Positions 51,231 to 64,000 of a stretch of DNA of 64,000 nucleotides are shown here, piece by piece. The position numbers and the translations under genes were made by a program. The notes below the pieces were generated by a model. It had not been told where the DNA came from, made no database searches, and saw nothing but the letters and a program-made list of their open reading frames with translations. Position 1 is the stretch's first letter; every line of letters begins with the position of its first letter. Origin of the DNA: Lama guanicoe (taxonomy: Eukaryota); contig MU056050.1 in assembly GCA_013239625.1 (NCBI GenBank), forward strand, positions 2,838,084 to 2,902,083, given 5' to 3'.

Positions 51231-52889
51231 TTGCTTTTTTTCCAATCTATTTTGGTTTCAGTTCCTTCATCAGCCAGCTGGGGCCAATGATATTTGCCCT
51301 TAATTTTGAGCTTCTGCAAAAAAAGGACAGCAAATGTTCCATGCCATGAATTCCAGAAGACTAGTGATTAGATACTCAAATTATTTGGGAGGGTCTTGTT
51401 AGTTTCAGGGGTAGGTTTCATTCAGGAAATAAAGCAACAGATTGGGAAGCATGGCTCTTCAACCATCTGTAGCCAACGTGTGCCGTGTTATAGTGCATAA
51501 ATAAACAGTAACCTGCTGTTATCACCTAACCGGTGATAGAGAAGCACATATTTCCTGTCTTTTGATACGCAGGGCTTGGAACCTTATGCGAACCAGGTGT
51601 TCCTTCTTCAACTACCTTTCCTGTGGTTTTATAGCCACATATCTCTAACTGTAATACTGTTCATTTACAATAGCTGTAAAATATCCATGTACTCCCAGAG
51701 ACGGTTGTAACTGTTACAATTTATGTTATAATGATAGTTAAAGAGCCAAAGTAACAAAGTGATTTTCAGTTCAACTAAATTTGTGGCTTTATTTGTCTGA
51801 TAGATTAAGTTTACTACTCAAGAACACATTTCTTAATAAAGTCATTACAGCTCCACAAGCAGGGACCACTGTTAAAAATCCACTACAAAGCAAGCAGAGG
51901 AAAACTCTGCTTAATGTTCTTTCTCTGCCTGTCAAGACTTCTGCAACCATGCTTCTCTGTTTCTGGATAATGCGCTCTGATATTCAGATGTAGCTGAAAT
52001 GCTAGATTCAAAGTCAGGTTTAGAAGGTAATGTAAAATTTGGCTAAGAGCTGAAAGGGGATGAAGGAACTAAAGATGCTGCAGGCCCCCACCCCCAAGTC
52101 TGCTGTGGAACCCACAGTGAGAAGGCTGGAGGAAAGAGTGCTTTTCTAGGTGAGCTCCCTCGCGCTCCTTCTTGAGTGCTTATGTGCCTCCAGCCTCTAC
52201 AGCAGGAAGCAGAAATAGGCTGACTGCCTCTGACTGCTGGGGTCACGAGCAAGGTTGGGAAAGCAACACATTCATACAAGCTCTTGTTTGCCTGAAAGAC
52301 AATAATAGCCCTTGACCTTAGTGTCGGCCATCAATCCTTATTTCTGCTCTTCCTCCAAACAATCTCTACCGATCCTTGCCCTGGGAAAGAGAGGGGCAAA
52401 GAAAGAGCTGACATTTGAGAACAGCCCCAAGTTAAAAAGGGTCTCTCTGGACAGGCTGCACATTGAACAAGACCTTTGAGTTTGGCAACTGATGAACTGT
52501 ATGTTGGGGTAAGAAAGCTTGGATTGGTAATTTTTTAGTAGGGGAAGAAGTATCTGTGCTTTAATTTATCCTTTGGCTTTCCTTACACTTTTTTTTTTCC
52601 AGCTTTGCTGAAGAGAAGTCAGGAGAAGGGCTTGCTTTTTGTTCACACTTGGACCAGAAAGGAAAGAGGGAAGGGTACACCCTGGGGAGCAATGGGTTGT
52701 GTTGCCAGCAGAAATTAAAGTGCCTGTGAAGGGTGGGTGCAGGCAGAAGCTCCAAAGAAAAGTGTCCTCTACCTCCTCTCACAGCCTTTTCTTGCTCTCT
52801 CCTAGGAGTTTGTGTTTTAATTGCTTCAGAGAAAGTCCTTTCAACCCCTCCAATTTGATTCATTCAATTAGTAGGATAAAGATATATTA

Positions 52890-52983
52890 AAGAATATGAA
52901 AATGAATATATATATATGACTGGGACATTATGCTGTACACCAGAAATTCACATATCATAATTGACAGTACTTCAATTAAAAAA
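52890..52983 (+). mobile_element. Short young L1 3' stub
   Basis: Same 3' terminus as the 5977-6278 copy, plus poly-A; 12-bp TSD AAAGATATATTA at 52878-52889 and 52984-52995. Confidence 0.85.
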
Positions 52984-53069
52984 AAAGATATATTAGGTTA
53001 ATCTAGAGGCAACTGCTGATATTTGAGTGTTTTTGGCCTACAAAAAAGGCAGTTTGCTAAGGTTCAACC

Positions 53070-53071
<2 letters not shown>

Positions 53072-53101
<30 letters not shown>
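53072..53101. repeat. (CA)n microsatellite
   Basis: Direct reading. Confidence 0.9.
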
Positions 53102-53102
<1 letters not shown>

Positions 53103-56100
53103 GTGATAAACTCTAAGCTGTGATCACGACAGTTGATTTTCTTTTAGAAGAAAGGAGAAGGAGAAGGCTGAAATTTCAAGGATGCTAGTCTAGCATCTCA
53201 ACTCACAATGCAACTGAGGTACCCGTTTAATTTTTGCTGAATAAGCTGAAAGGGGAATAAGTGAGATGGGCCAAATAACCACATCACAGTTTGGGAGATG
53301 CACTGCGTTTAATTTCCATGAAGTTGGTAGAACGGATATAGAAGTCACCACTGGTTTTAAATTAGTATGTGCTGCTCTACCCTCTCTGGTTTTAAGGTAA
53401 TTAGTACTTGAATTTTAGAAATTGATCAATACAACTTTACAGATTTTATTTTTTTACTGCTATTGCTATGCTGACAATCAGGTCCTACTTTTAGGCTGGC
53501 TTTTATTTCACAGAGTTGCTTACAAATGAACAGGGCATGTATTCAGTGTTAGCCTCAGCCTCCACTACTCGATTGGGAATTTCTTTTTACCTATTTTTTC
53601 CTTTTTCCTCCCAAGACATTCTCTTTACTTTGCCAGCCCACAAAATCTTAGCACCAGAAGGAATCTTATGACATGGGCTATTGAACTAGACTGCCTGGGT
53701 TCAAATCCCGTGTCACCACTTACTAGCTGTGTGACCTCTCTGTACCGAGGTTTGTTTATCTGTAAAGTGAGAATGTTAATAAAAGAACCCATCTGATAAG
53801 GTGTTATGAATAGTAAACAAGTTACTATATTGCAATGAAGATATAAAATTTTAATGAATGTTAGTTGCTATAATTATGATTAATGGTAATACTATTACTA
53901 CTAGTAGAGACTGCATAGTCCATATCCCTCATTTTAAGGGAGAAGTGGTGCAAAATTCTGGGCATGCCAGTTCTTCAAAATCTTACTCATTCCTCTCACC
54001 TGATTTTTGCCATACCATTTTAACTTGGACACTTTCTGCACTAAATTGATTTGCTCTTGTTTAAGTACTTTCCTGTTGGTGAATTCATCTGGGTAACCAT
54101 ACAATAGGCATTTAAAAATTTTAATACCAAATCCTTAATGCTTATATACATGTGAAATAGTGTGCAAAATAATACTTTCTGTCTAGTTATCTTAGTGAAT
54201 TGACCCAAGATTAACAAATATAGTCGTTTCTATGATTTGAAGGCCCCAAGAATCCCCTGACCCCCAAAACCAACACTGGCCAGTGGCCTTGATGCCTGAA
54301 ATCTCCTGTCTCCAGAAGACTCCTTAGGAGTAGATGCACTGTTACTTGGCACTGAGAACTACAGATACATTTTAAAAATAGATGAATCTATAGGCATGCA
54401 GGCTCCTTATCTAAATTTTCACAAAATGAATCCCTCCAGCAAACCCGGGTAGAAGGAAGTTAAAATAGTGTGAAGCAAATGCGTTTTCTGAGAAAGGAGG
54501 GAGATGCTGGAACTCTCTTGGCTGTCTCCCAAATTCCCCATCATTTGTCAGCCTGGGACCTTGTGTTTCACCTGGGCTGGTTTCCCCTTTCAGAGCTCAG
54601 CTCACGTACAGACAGTCACATGTTGCATTTCAAAACCAATCTACCCTGTTCTCAGTTATCTCTGAATGGAGAGAGAGAAAAAAATCAATTGTGAGGGTTT
54701 TTAAATTAGTCTTTGTTTCATTTTGCATGTAAACACATAATCATTTTTACTTGATTTTATGACTTTGGTTTGAAGTTCTAAGCTTCCTGGATTTTTTTTT
54801 TAATAAGGGAGGCTGCAATTCTGGAGTTTTGCTATAACCTTACATCTCAGTATGCAAAATCTTGTAAAGAGCTCTGGGATCCAATGCTGGAATAAGTCTC
54901 ATATAACAGCATTATTATCCACGGACACAGCAAGGTGCAATCTGGATGTAGTTCTTCCGCCAGTTTGCTTTTGGTGACTGTCCAATTCTTTTACAACTGC
55001 CTCTATTGTTAGCTGCACTCTAATTTCTCTATTGTCCAGGGAAATGTATTTATGGGGACAGATTGATGTAGCAGATGAGAAGATACATGGACTGGATGGG
55101 AAAGTACTTTGCAAGGAAGATGATTCAAACACAACTCAGGTTGGGGTGGGAAATGGATTTTTAAAATAAATGAAATTTCAGGATGTTAATGTGATTTATT
55201 TCACTTAATGGAGCTGGAGCAGGATGGCCCAGAGGTAACAAATCCCTTGCCTGCTCAGGCTGGGCAGGATATCATGTTTCCTAGCAGTTTGTTTCCTCAC
55301 CTTGAAGAGGACCCTGAGTTTGTATGAAAAAAAAAATCACTGATCAATCTTTGCAGAAAAGCAACTCTTGCTGCTTTATCTTCAAGAGAGGTCTATCATT
55401 CTCTGATTTTTTTTTTCCTTTCCACCTAGAAGGTATCGGGTGGATGAGATAGGTAGCTTTTGGGAACATCTGATGTCCATCATATTACCAAGTGAGCCTT
55501 TAAAAGAACCTGTCATTTTGTGCCTGAACAATTAGTGTTTCATGACCTGCTGCCCAAACATATTTTCAAATTACACTCACACCTTTGTGTGGTTTTTCAA
55601 AGAGGAGCCTTATTTCCCCCAGTACAACAGGGGCTTCTACGTCGTGTGACTATCTGAACCTGTTATTCTGTCTCCAGAGCTCTGGTACCCTCACCTGCCC
55701 TTGCTCTGGAATGGCAGCTCCACCAGGAGAAATGAATGGTTCAGTCCCAGGTCTTGAGGTACTTGAAGGCCTCAGAGAGGCTTATTCTTCACATGAAGGT
55801 TTACAAATGGGTCCCTACATATTCCACCCAGAAAGAGAAAGTTACATCTCCTGTGTCATCAGCTTGCACCTTGAAAGCCACCATAGGTGAAGGGGCACCA
55901 TCTCTGAAATAATAAAGTCAGTAGGGAAAAAGAATTTGCCTTGTCAAAATTGGATCCACACCTACCTTTGGGGAGCATATTCATTCCATTAAACTGGATA
56001 TGCCTAATCTGGGGAAACCAAGGCAGCAATATAAACCAAAGTGCCTAAGGATGGGGAGAGTAGGTAAGAATTATCCAGTTAAACAGCCTCCCTCGTCTCG

Positions 56101-58427
56101 CCTCCTCCACACTTCGCCCACCTGGAGGCCAGCCAGTTGTCCTGCACTGCCCACACTTGCCAGTACATTAGAGTCGATTATTTGTCTCCTTTTGTCAGCA
56201 TTGAAATGAGGAGCCAGGCTCTGCCAAGGTGGCTCCACTGAGCGGGGCAATGATTTATAGATTAATTATTTTAAGGAACAAGGCAGCACAGCATGATGTA
56301 GTGGAAAGAGTGCTGCGCTAGGCGAAGACCTGCATTTTCGTGCTGGCTCTGATCCTTAATAGCTGTTTGACTTTGGGCAAATCACTTAACCTCTCTGGGC
56401 CTTAGTCTCCTTATTTGTAAATTGGGAATAACAACAATTGATGGTTGTGATGATCAAATAAAACCCTGACTATGAAAGTATTTTGTTAACTGTTAAGGCA
56501 CTAAACATACATAAAGAGTTGTTATTGTTGTTAGATTTCTAGGCACATGTACAGTAACACCACTTAGCCAATGAAGGGCTCCATTCGCCAGTGCCAGGAC
56601 TTCAGGAAAGACCCTAGAAGTCACAGAGGAGAGGATTCTGAATTTGTTGCCCTTATAAGTGGTTGCATCAATTTGCTCTACTCTACCACAGGGTGGGAAA
56701 TGGGTCAATTATAAATAGTATTAACTAAATAACACTTCACTCTACTCATGAACACTAAAGAGCCCCCAAATGTTTTTATGACCATTAGCTTCTCAATATT
56801 AAGAACAATTTGGGATATGAGGTATAAATTACAGTTTACAGTCTCTCTCCATTATCTGTGCATATGGAAGGGAGAAAATAGGGTGGGTCATCATAGAAAG
56901 TGGAGGATCCCAAAGTCACACAGCATAGGATGGGTTATCCTAAAGAATGAAAGGGTTATCACAAGGAATGGAAAATTCCAAGGGTTATACTAGGAATATG
57001 TTATCCCAAAGAATGGAAAATCCCAAAGACATGTAGTCTATGACATGGTTCATAAAGCTTTATTCAGGCTGCAAGCTGGGGGAAGTACTAAGAGACCATT
57101 TTTTGATATAATTTTCCTGGGTAAATCCATGAGGTGGATAAACCATATGTAGATAATTGTGACTTTCCTCTGGTATGATATCTTCATTTCACAGGTGAAG
57201 AAAATAAAGGCATTTCTTAAGCCAGTTGTAAAACTTTCCCATCTAGGGTTCTACCCAGGAGATCCTATTTCTAGAAGAACTCTGATAGAAACCCTCATTG
57301 CTCACACACAGAGAGGTCTGACTGTTTGGACTGGTTTCACCTCTCAGTTCAGTGGCATATCTAGTAAATATTCTGGTAGAGACTGCTCAACCGAATGAAA
57401 ACAGAAAAATTGACTTGTGCAGGTAGACAACTTTAGTGGCTGCTACAAAAAACACCCACGGAAGTCTATGTCTTTGTGTCACGAACAGAACTGACTGGCA
57501 AGTGAGCACTGGTGTAGATCACTCTGCCTGTACCAAGCCATGGGACTAGTCTGACTTCTCGCTGGAATTGGGTGGTGGTTTGGCATTGCATTTCCACAGC
57601 CTAGAGGCTACCATATATTTCCTGTGAGTGCAGAAAATGCAAGCATTCCAGGTGTCCCAGGAGTGATGCAGGTGCTCAAAGCAGCCCTGGCCTCGATTGT
57701 GAGGCCAGGCATCCCTCAGGCTGGTTGTTGCTCTGAGCTGATAGTGAATATTACTGTATTTGGAAGGTTGGTCACGTCATCCTAACATAGGTTCATGTTT
57801 AAGAAGGCTGCAGAAAGGCAATTCTGACTGAGAGATTTCTGGTTAACTGTGGCGAACTGGTCAGTTCCCATCTTTCACTTCCCATGGGCAGCTCTCTCTG
57901 GATACTTGAGCCCAATCTGAGTACCCACCGGCCCTTAATATGTATATTCATGGTGATGATATCATTCACTGATTTCTCCTTTCATCTTGCCTTTGTCCAA
58001 ATGTTGCCTTATGTCTCACACATCCTTCTCTGGGTGCCTGCCTGGTCTTCCCAAATAGAGTACCGATTAGCCTAAAGCAGGGATCTGAGGTAGCTTGGTG
58101 GACCTGATTACCATCTCCAGGCCACGTGAGGGAGTCTGGGGGGCCTCCTGACTAAACACATTTCTCGATCCAGACATTCTTGGTGCCTGAAATTGCTACT
58201 ATTAGAGCACTTTAGCTGGCTAATGACAAAGAAAGCTCCTATTAGAATGTTCATTTAAGGATACTGAACCATTATCAGCCATTAGTGCCCTCTCTTGAAT
58301 TAGTGTATCATATAAGCTAGTCAGTCACCTAGAAAAGCTGTGGAGAAATGGGACTTCCGATTAGGGAGGCTTGCAGTTCTCAAAAATAAAACACCAGTTC
58401 TACAGCGATTGTCAGGTCAAGACTTAC

Positions 58428-58663
58428 CCTCAGCCTCCTTTCAAAAGCTGAAATGTTGCCTTTGTTCTGCTCCCTCCGCTGCCGCCACTCAATGAGGTTG
58501 GCGTTGTGCTCTCCGGGCAGTGAGATGTTACACTTGCCCAGGGTGGGGTTGACCGCCCCGGCCAGGATGTGGGGCTCTGAGCTGAGGCTGATCTCCATCC
58601 CGCTGGCAAAGGTGACTCGCAGGGAGCCGTCCGGACTCACCCGATAGGTACTTTGGGTATTTT
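58428..58663 (-). CDS. TENM1: TENM1 coding exon (6th from last)
   Basis: Acceptor tctgcag|AA; reads (E)NTQSTYRVSPDGSLRVTFASGME...SAFERRLR; donor AGG|gtaagt; 236 nt. Confidence 0.95.
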
Positions 58664-59746
58664 CTGCAGACAGAGGAGCAAAGGAGGAAGAGGGGGAAGA
58701 AAGGGAAGCGCAGAAGCAGAGGAGAGACAAGTTTAGCTTTAGGGGGCAAGTTTGGGAAAGGATGAGCAGTGGGGCGCCGTGGGCCTAACTGCCTTCTGGG
58801 CTCGACCACCAGTCTGACAGCCCTGTGTGCTCTCTGTCCATTTGGGTCTTGTTATTTTCACAGCTGGGCTATCTTGCTTCTTGGATAAAAGACTCCTGTA
58901 TTACACTGCAGGCTGTTTTTGTTTTGAAGCAAGTTCTCATTTGTAAACAATTCCCTCACAAACCCTCTCTCTGACTTGATGGATCGGCCTGCTCCCTTTG
59001 ACATGCTGGGAGCTACAATGAGAAAAGTATGAAGTCAAACTCAGCATCCTCACCAACTTGGGGACACCAGCACAGCTGCTGGATCCCACAAAGTGATATA
59101 CACTGACAAAGGTTGCCACTGATCCTTCTAGAGTAGATCTGAAGGTTGGAAAGTTCTGTGCCTGGCCCCACAGCCTGACAACAGAACAAGTCCTTAATGA
59201 CCGGGAGGAGAGAAAACAATTTCTCTGTGTCTGCTTCCTTCAGAATCCATGACATTCCTTCCAAATCCATCTCCCTACCTCCTTTCCTTCTTTCTTTTCC
59301 TTCCATTCTCTCTTACCTTTCTCTCTCATTCATTCATTTCCCTTATATTCCTGCTCAGTGCGTATCCTCATTCATTCTTCCAATTCCCGCACGTCAGCAT
59401 CATTCTAGAATGCTAATCTCAGATGGGGTGCAGACTTCATTTCTTTCATAATAAAACCCAATCAGAGCTTAAAGTGCTTCACAAACAGCTGGGTGTTGGG
59501 AATGACTTGATGGGAGAGCAGATTTGGCAGGGGTTTCACCTCATAACTCCCACAGAGATGTTGCTACATGAACTTTGTGGAAGGTGTGACTTTGTCTGGG
59601 GTTCAGCCTCCATAGCTAAACTGTAGGGAGAAGAAGCCATCTTCTCAGCCAGAAGTGAAGTCTATTTACTAATGGTGTGCAGAGGGTTGGCAGTAGAAGT
59701 TAAGAGAGGTGCTACTAGATTCAGGCAGAGTTGGACATTTTCTTAC

Positions 59747-59919
59747 CTTGTTTTAAAATATATATGGTGCTAGTTGCCGTCAAATTGGTTGACATGAGGA
59801 CATTCTCGCGGTTAGAGGTATCTAGCTCCACTTTTGTCAGCTTCTCCAGGTCACTGTGGAAACTGCTAACCTCTCCAGTGGGAAATGTTGCATTGGTCAG
59901 ATGTCCCTCCGGGTCGTAC
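59747..59919 (-). CDS. TENM1: TENM1 coding exon (7th from last)
   Basis: Acceptor cctcag|G; reads YDPEGHLTNATFPTGEVSSFHSDLEKLTKVELDTSNRENVLMSTNLTATSTIYILKQ; donor AAG|gtaaga; 173 nt; YD-repeat sequence. Confidence 0.95.
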
Positions 59920-62235
59920 CTGAGGAATATAACCAATCCCAACTTGGAAGTCTCCCAGTGATAAGCAGGCCTTTGCAAAATAAAAATCACCTGGCAGCTA
60001 ATATAGTTTAACTTTGAGTGATAACAAGCATTATTAACCTTGTTCAAGAAGAAGAAAAAGGTCAGAGAGATGATTAATCAAACAAAGGTATTTTTTGCCG
60101 CTTCTGAATTCTTGATGACTTCCTTGAGCTGTGCTGTTTTACAGGAAAAATATATCTGGTAATGAATCACCAGGGTGGAAAACTGATTTATGAATCATGT
60201 CCCGCTGTGTGCAATGTTGCAGGGAGGCCTCCGTGTGCAATTTGGGTCGATCCCATTAGATGCGATGGGCAACAAGAACCAGCAGAGGGTGCTGTTGGCA
60301 AACAAAAAGGAGGCACAAATTCCCCTACAACCCAAGCCTGAGAAGGCCAATAAACGAATTTTGCATTGTGATAGGAAAATTACATTTGCTGCTGTTTAAG
60401 TTGCCAAATTTGAAATGAATGAATCATTCTTCCAACAAAATGAACAAGCACAGAAGATAATGGAAACATGTTCATTAAAACATTCTGGAGCCTCCTGATC
60501 TCAGTGTCACTTAATTTTTTTATCTTTTTATAGTATAGTACATAATGTGTTGTAATTTGCCTATATGAGTAACAGACAAAAAATAATTACCTGGGATAAT
60601 AGGCAATAACCTATATCTAGAAATATAGCCTACTGAGTTTACTTTTTTAAAAAAATCAGAATTATTGGCAATCTTACTGTCCTCCAAATGGAAACTGCTT
60701 CCCTGAAGGCTTTTGATGTGGAGCTGTTCTTTTATTGCCAATAGAACCATGAAAAATAAACACTTCATTAAAACTAAAGACATGCACTTGGAAACCCACT
60801 ACTGTTTTCTTTTCAAGTTGCAAATTACAAAATATTTAAGTACTTTTATTTGCTTTAAAAATGTTAAACAATTATATTCTTTTTACCCAAAGTGAGCAGG
60901 ACACAGCCTGGACACAGTGGTGGAGTCTGGCCCTACTGCCTCCTCCCCACCAAATTATGCAAAATGGCCTAGTGATTCAGTGTTAAGCCACTAGGTTTTA
61001 AAAACTCAGCCTGGATAGGTGCTGAAATTTTAAAACTTAGACCAGCTGTTTGGTAGGCTTGGGAAAAGGGGCTCAACATTATTTTATAGGTCAAAACTGA
61101 ACTTGAAGCTACACACCATGCCATCTCAAGTTCAGGTCTGTGGGTACACGAGCGCGCACGCGCACATACCCTATCAGTTAACAGCCATGTATGCAAATAA
61201 AAATAATCAAATAGGTTATTTGACATCGGAGATATGCCAAGCCTTAGTTGTTTAATTGGATATACCCTTTGATTAAATGAATTCCAGTCAAAATGGTTAT
61301 TGGCATGTTGGTACTATGCTAGTAAAGCCTCATTATCAAGGAAAGGCGGAAGGGTGCTGTTTGGGCCTGGGGTTAATGGCAAAACCCTCCCTCCTGCTCA
61401 GCCTATTTGCCCATGGCCTGCTCTGGGGCTCTGTGGCTGTAAGAAGCAGGCCTCTATGAGAAAGGGGCATGGAAGGGCTTGAAAGCCTCACAGAATCCTG
61501 ACTTTGTCTGCCTGGCATTCCTTCCAGGAGAGGAAAATGATATCCAGCTTTGACTCTCCCAGGGTACCAACCTGCTCTTCCCCGGAGGGCGGAGTTTCCA
61601 GGCCGCACAGACAAAGCTGCTGCAGGCTTCCCTCGTGTCAGAAACTGTGGCCCCACAGCCTGGACTAGGCTGGCTGTTCCTCTCTGTTTCACATCCATCC
61701 AGCAACTCTGCCTCATCACTTTCCCTTTCCTGATTTCTAAAGGGTTTCCTCAGCGCTTGGCGAGGCCACGCCTTATTATTCCTCCGGCAAATCTGACCTA
61801 AAATGCTATGCATGCAGGTTCCCAATGGGCTTTTCAGCTTGGGGCAGCTTCCTTCTTTCCCAGTCACACAGCCCCTTGTTTTGAAGCAAGATTTCATCAA
61901 ACCATGATGGCAGTGGCTGTGCCCACTTCTCAGGGCAAGATGACAAGATCAGATGCCAACTGAACCATCCCTGAGCCGAGGTACAAGGCTCAAAAATCCC
62001 AACGAGCCTTAGCAATGGCCTGTGGTGTTATTACCCAGATAGATCTAGCTGGGAGGCTGCTGCCAGGTCCTCTTTGGGTGAGAGAGTCTGCAGTGTGGGG
62101 ATAAGGTAGAATTTCCCATAGTCCTGCCCAGGCACTAGATGGCTAGAGAGTTACATTGCCCGATTTCCTTTCTGTGGCGGGATAAGCCTCTTGATTTGAA
62201 AGTGTGCATTTGCCTCTCATAAACAAAGCACTCTA

Positions 62236-62839
62236 CCTTGAAGGTGTTATGCCAAGTGAATTAGACAAATACTGCATGATCTCACTTATATATCAGATCT
62301 GGAAAAAACCCAAATCAAAAAAACCCAAACACACCAAACTCATAGAAAAAGAGATCAGATTTGTGGTTAACCAGAGGTGGGGGTGGGTGGAGGAATGGGA
62401 CAGAAATGGTCTAGAAGAAACTTCCAGTGATAAGATAAATCAGTACTGGGGATGGAATGGCATGACAGTAGTTAACACCGCTAAATGACAGATATGAAAG
62501 TTGCTAAGTTCCAGCCTCCAGACTGGAACATTTGTTGTTTAAGTCACCCAATCTGTGGTAAAACAAAAAAACAAAAAAACAAAAAAACAAGAAAAAAAGA
62601 AAAAAGAAAAGAAAAGAAAAAAAAAAGTTGCTAAGAAAGCAAATTCTAAAAGTCCTCAAGGAAAATAATATTTTTCTTCTTTTTTTGGGTAACTACGTGA
62701 GATGATGGATGTTCACTAAACTTACTGTGGTCATCGTTTTGCAGTATATATAAGTCAAGTCATCATGCCGTATGCCTTAAACTTACATAGTGCTGTATGT
62801 CAATTGTATCTCAATAAAACTGAAGGGAAAAAACCAAAA
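62236..62839 (+). mobile_element. 5'-truncated L1 3' UTR with a nested insertion
   Basis: L1 3' motifs ending in caattgtatctcaataaaac and an A-tail; 15-bp TSD AAACAAAGCACTCTA at 62221-62235 and 62840-62854. Confidence 0.88.
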
Positions 62840-64000
62840 AAACAAAGCACTCTAACAACCCCAACTCTGCTAGTCACAGTCAAAGCAATCGCATCCGGTG
62901 GTATCTGCAGTGCAGTGCCTCTCCCGTGCTCAGACATTTACATGGCCCTTGGTCAAAACCTACAGGCCCACCTCTCTTCTAGGGGGTCATTTCCAAAGGG
63001 AAAGCAACAGGCAGACCCCACAACTTTGGAAAGATTGCTCCAAAGTGGAAAAGAAATAATGGAAGCCTTTGATTTCCTATGGCTTGCTTGAGGTTTGTTC
63101 CCCCCCCCCATCACAGGGGACTGCATGTTTCCAGACTGAATGTCAAAGAAACAAGTTTAATCAAAATCTCTTATGCTGTGTGTTTCCCTTTGGTGTCTGC
63201 ATCCTTTGGTGCAGAGAGCACAAGCCAATATGCTGCAACTGATCCCCTCAGGCCACAACAGGGTAGCAACTTCCTCATCCCCAGCCCCGCTCCCCTCCCC
63301 TCTCTCCACCCCAGTGGGGAGTAGCACTCGCTTAGCCAGGCCTGCAAATTCTGGTTGGTGAATTGTGTGATCAGGCACTGAGTGTTGCCTTCATGGTCAT
63401 CAGCAGTGAGTTTGATAAGAGGAGATTTGCCATCACCTTGTCCCTTCCTGTCCTGATTTTACAGAGTTCCACTGTGTGTGTGTGCGGACACACATGTTCC
63501 CACGGAGCAAAGGAAACATTTGTAAAGGAAATTCAGAATCCATTTTTGTCCTTGAGGGACATATAGTTTAGTTGGGGAGATGATATTTACACATTATTAA
63601 AAATATATTTCGTGTTATATTTTCTCATAAGGGATAGCCAGCCCTTTCCCTTAGGGCAATTTAAGCCAGAGCTAAACCATGCAGAGTGAAAACGAAAAGC
63701 TCCACCATCTTTGCTTTTAAGAATATTGAAGATTACAGAAGGAAAATTCATTACTTATTTTTTTAAAAGGAAATAGACCCTCTTTACCTTTCATGCCAGA
63801 AACCTGACCAAATACTAAGCATTCTTTAGGAAATACTGGATTCTCTTTCCTCACCAATAGCTTCATTTGGCTTCCTATGATCCAGCTCCAAACCCATGAG
63901 GCCCTTCTATCTTCACTTGTCCTTCGTTCAGGATGGGTCTTGTGCTAGGTACTGGGGATACAGTGCCGAATGAAATTCAAAGTCTAGTAGGGTAGATGAG

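Noticed and set aside
51520..51538. TATCACC...GGTGATA resembles a phage lambda operator
   Set aside because: Spacing differs (19 bp versus 17 bp) and the context is a mammalian intron; coincidence.
1..64000. CRISPR arrays, prokaryotic operons or foreign inserts
   Set aside because: No regularly spaced direct repeats and no dense intronless ORFs; the RHS-like coding sequence is spliced teneurin-1.

Overview
Mammalian genomic DNA, probably X chromosome by synteny. A tRNA-Ala-derived SINE and young L1 tails, with no recognisable Alu, B1, Bov-A, PRE or CanSINE, suggest a camelid. The window holds two convergent genes. SH2D1A (SAP) is complete on the + strand: four coding exons at 7737-7873, 20140-20203, 24857-24998 and 26011-26051, encoding 127 aa. 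The last seven coding exons of TENM1 (teneurin-1; YD/RHS shell, Tox-GHH and TCAP-1) lie on the - strand at 35955-59919, followed by a 3' UTR of about 4.7 kb. All splice junctions were checked by hand; they are GT-AG and phase-consistent. The rest is intronic or intergenic DNA containing L1, L2, MIR, MaLR, ERV LTR and DNA-transposon fossils. I found no evidence of a wholly new gene system. The most unusual items are retroelement events at the two gene ends: an antisense L1 with a perfect 17-bp TSD in the predicted long SH2D1A 3' UTR, and a solo LTR 43 nt past the TENM1 poly(A) hexamer. Also unusual are a polyadenylated MaLR-LTR RNA fragment retroposed into an older L1, and an in-frame GCN (poly-Ala) tract upstream of the SAP start codon. 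Repeat family names come from recalled consensus sequences, not from a database search.
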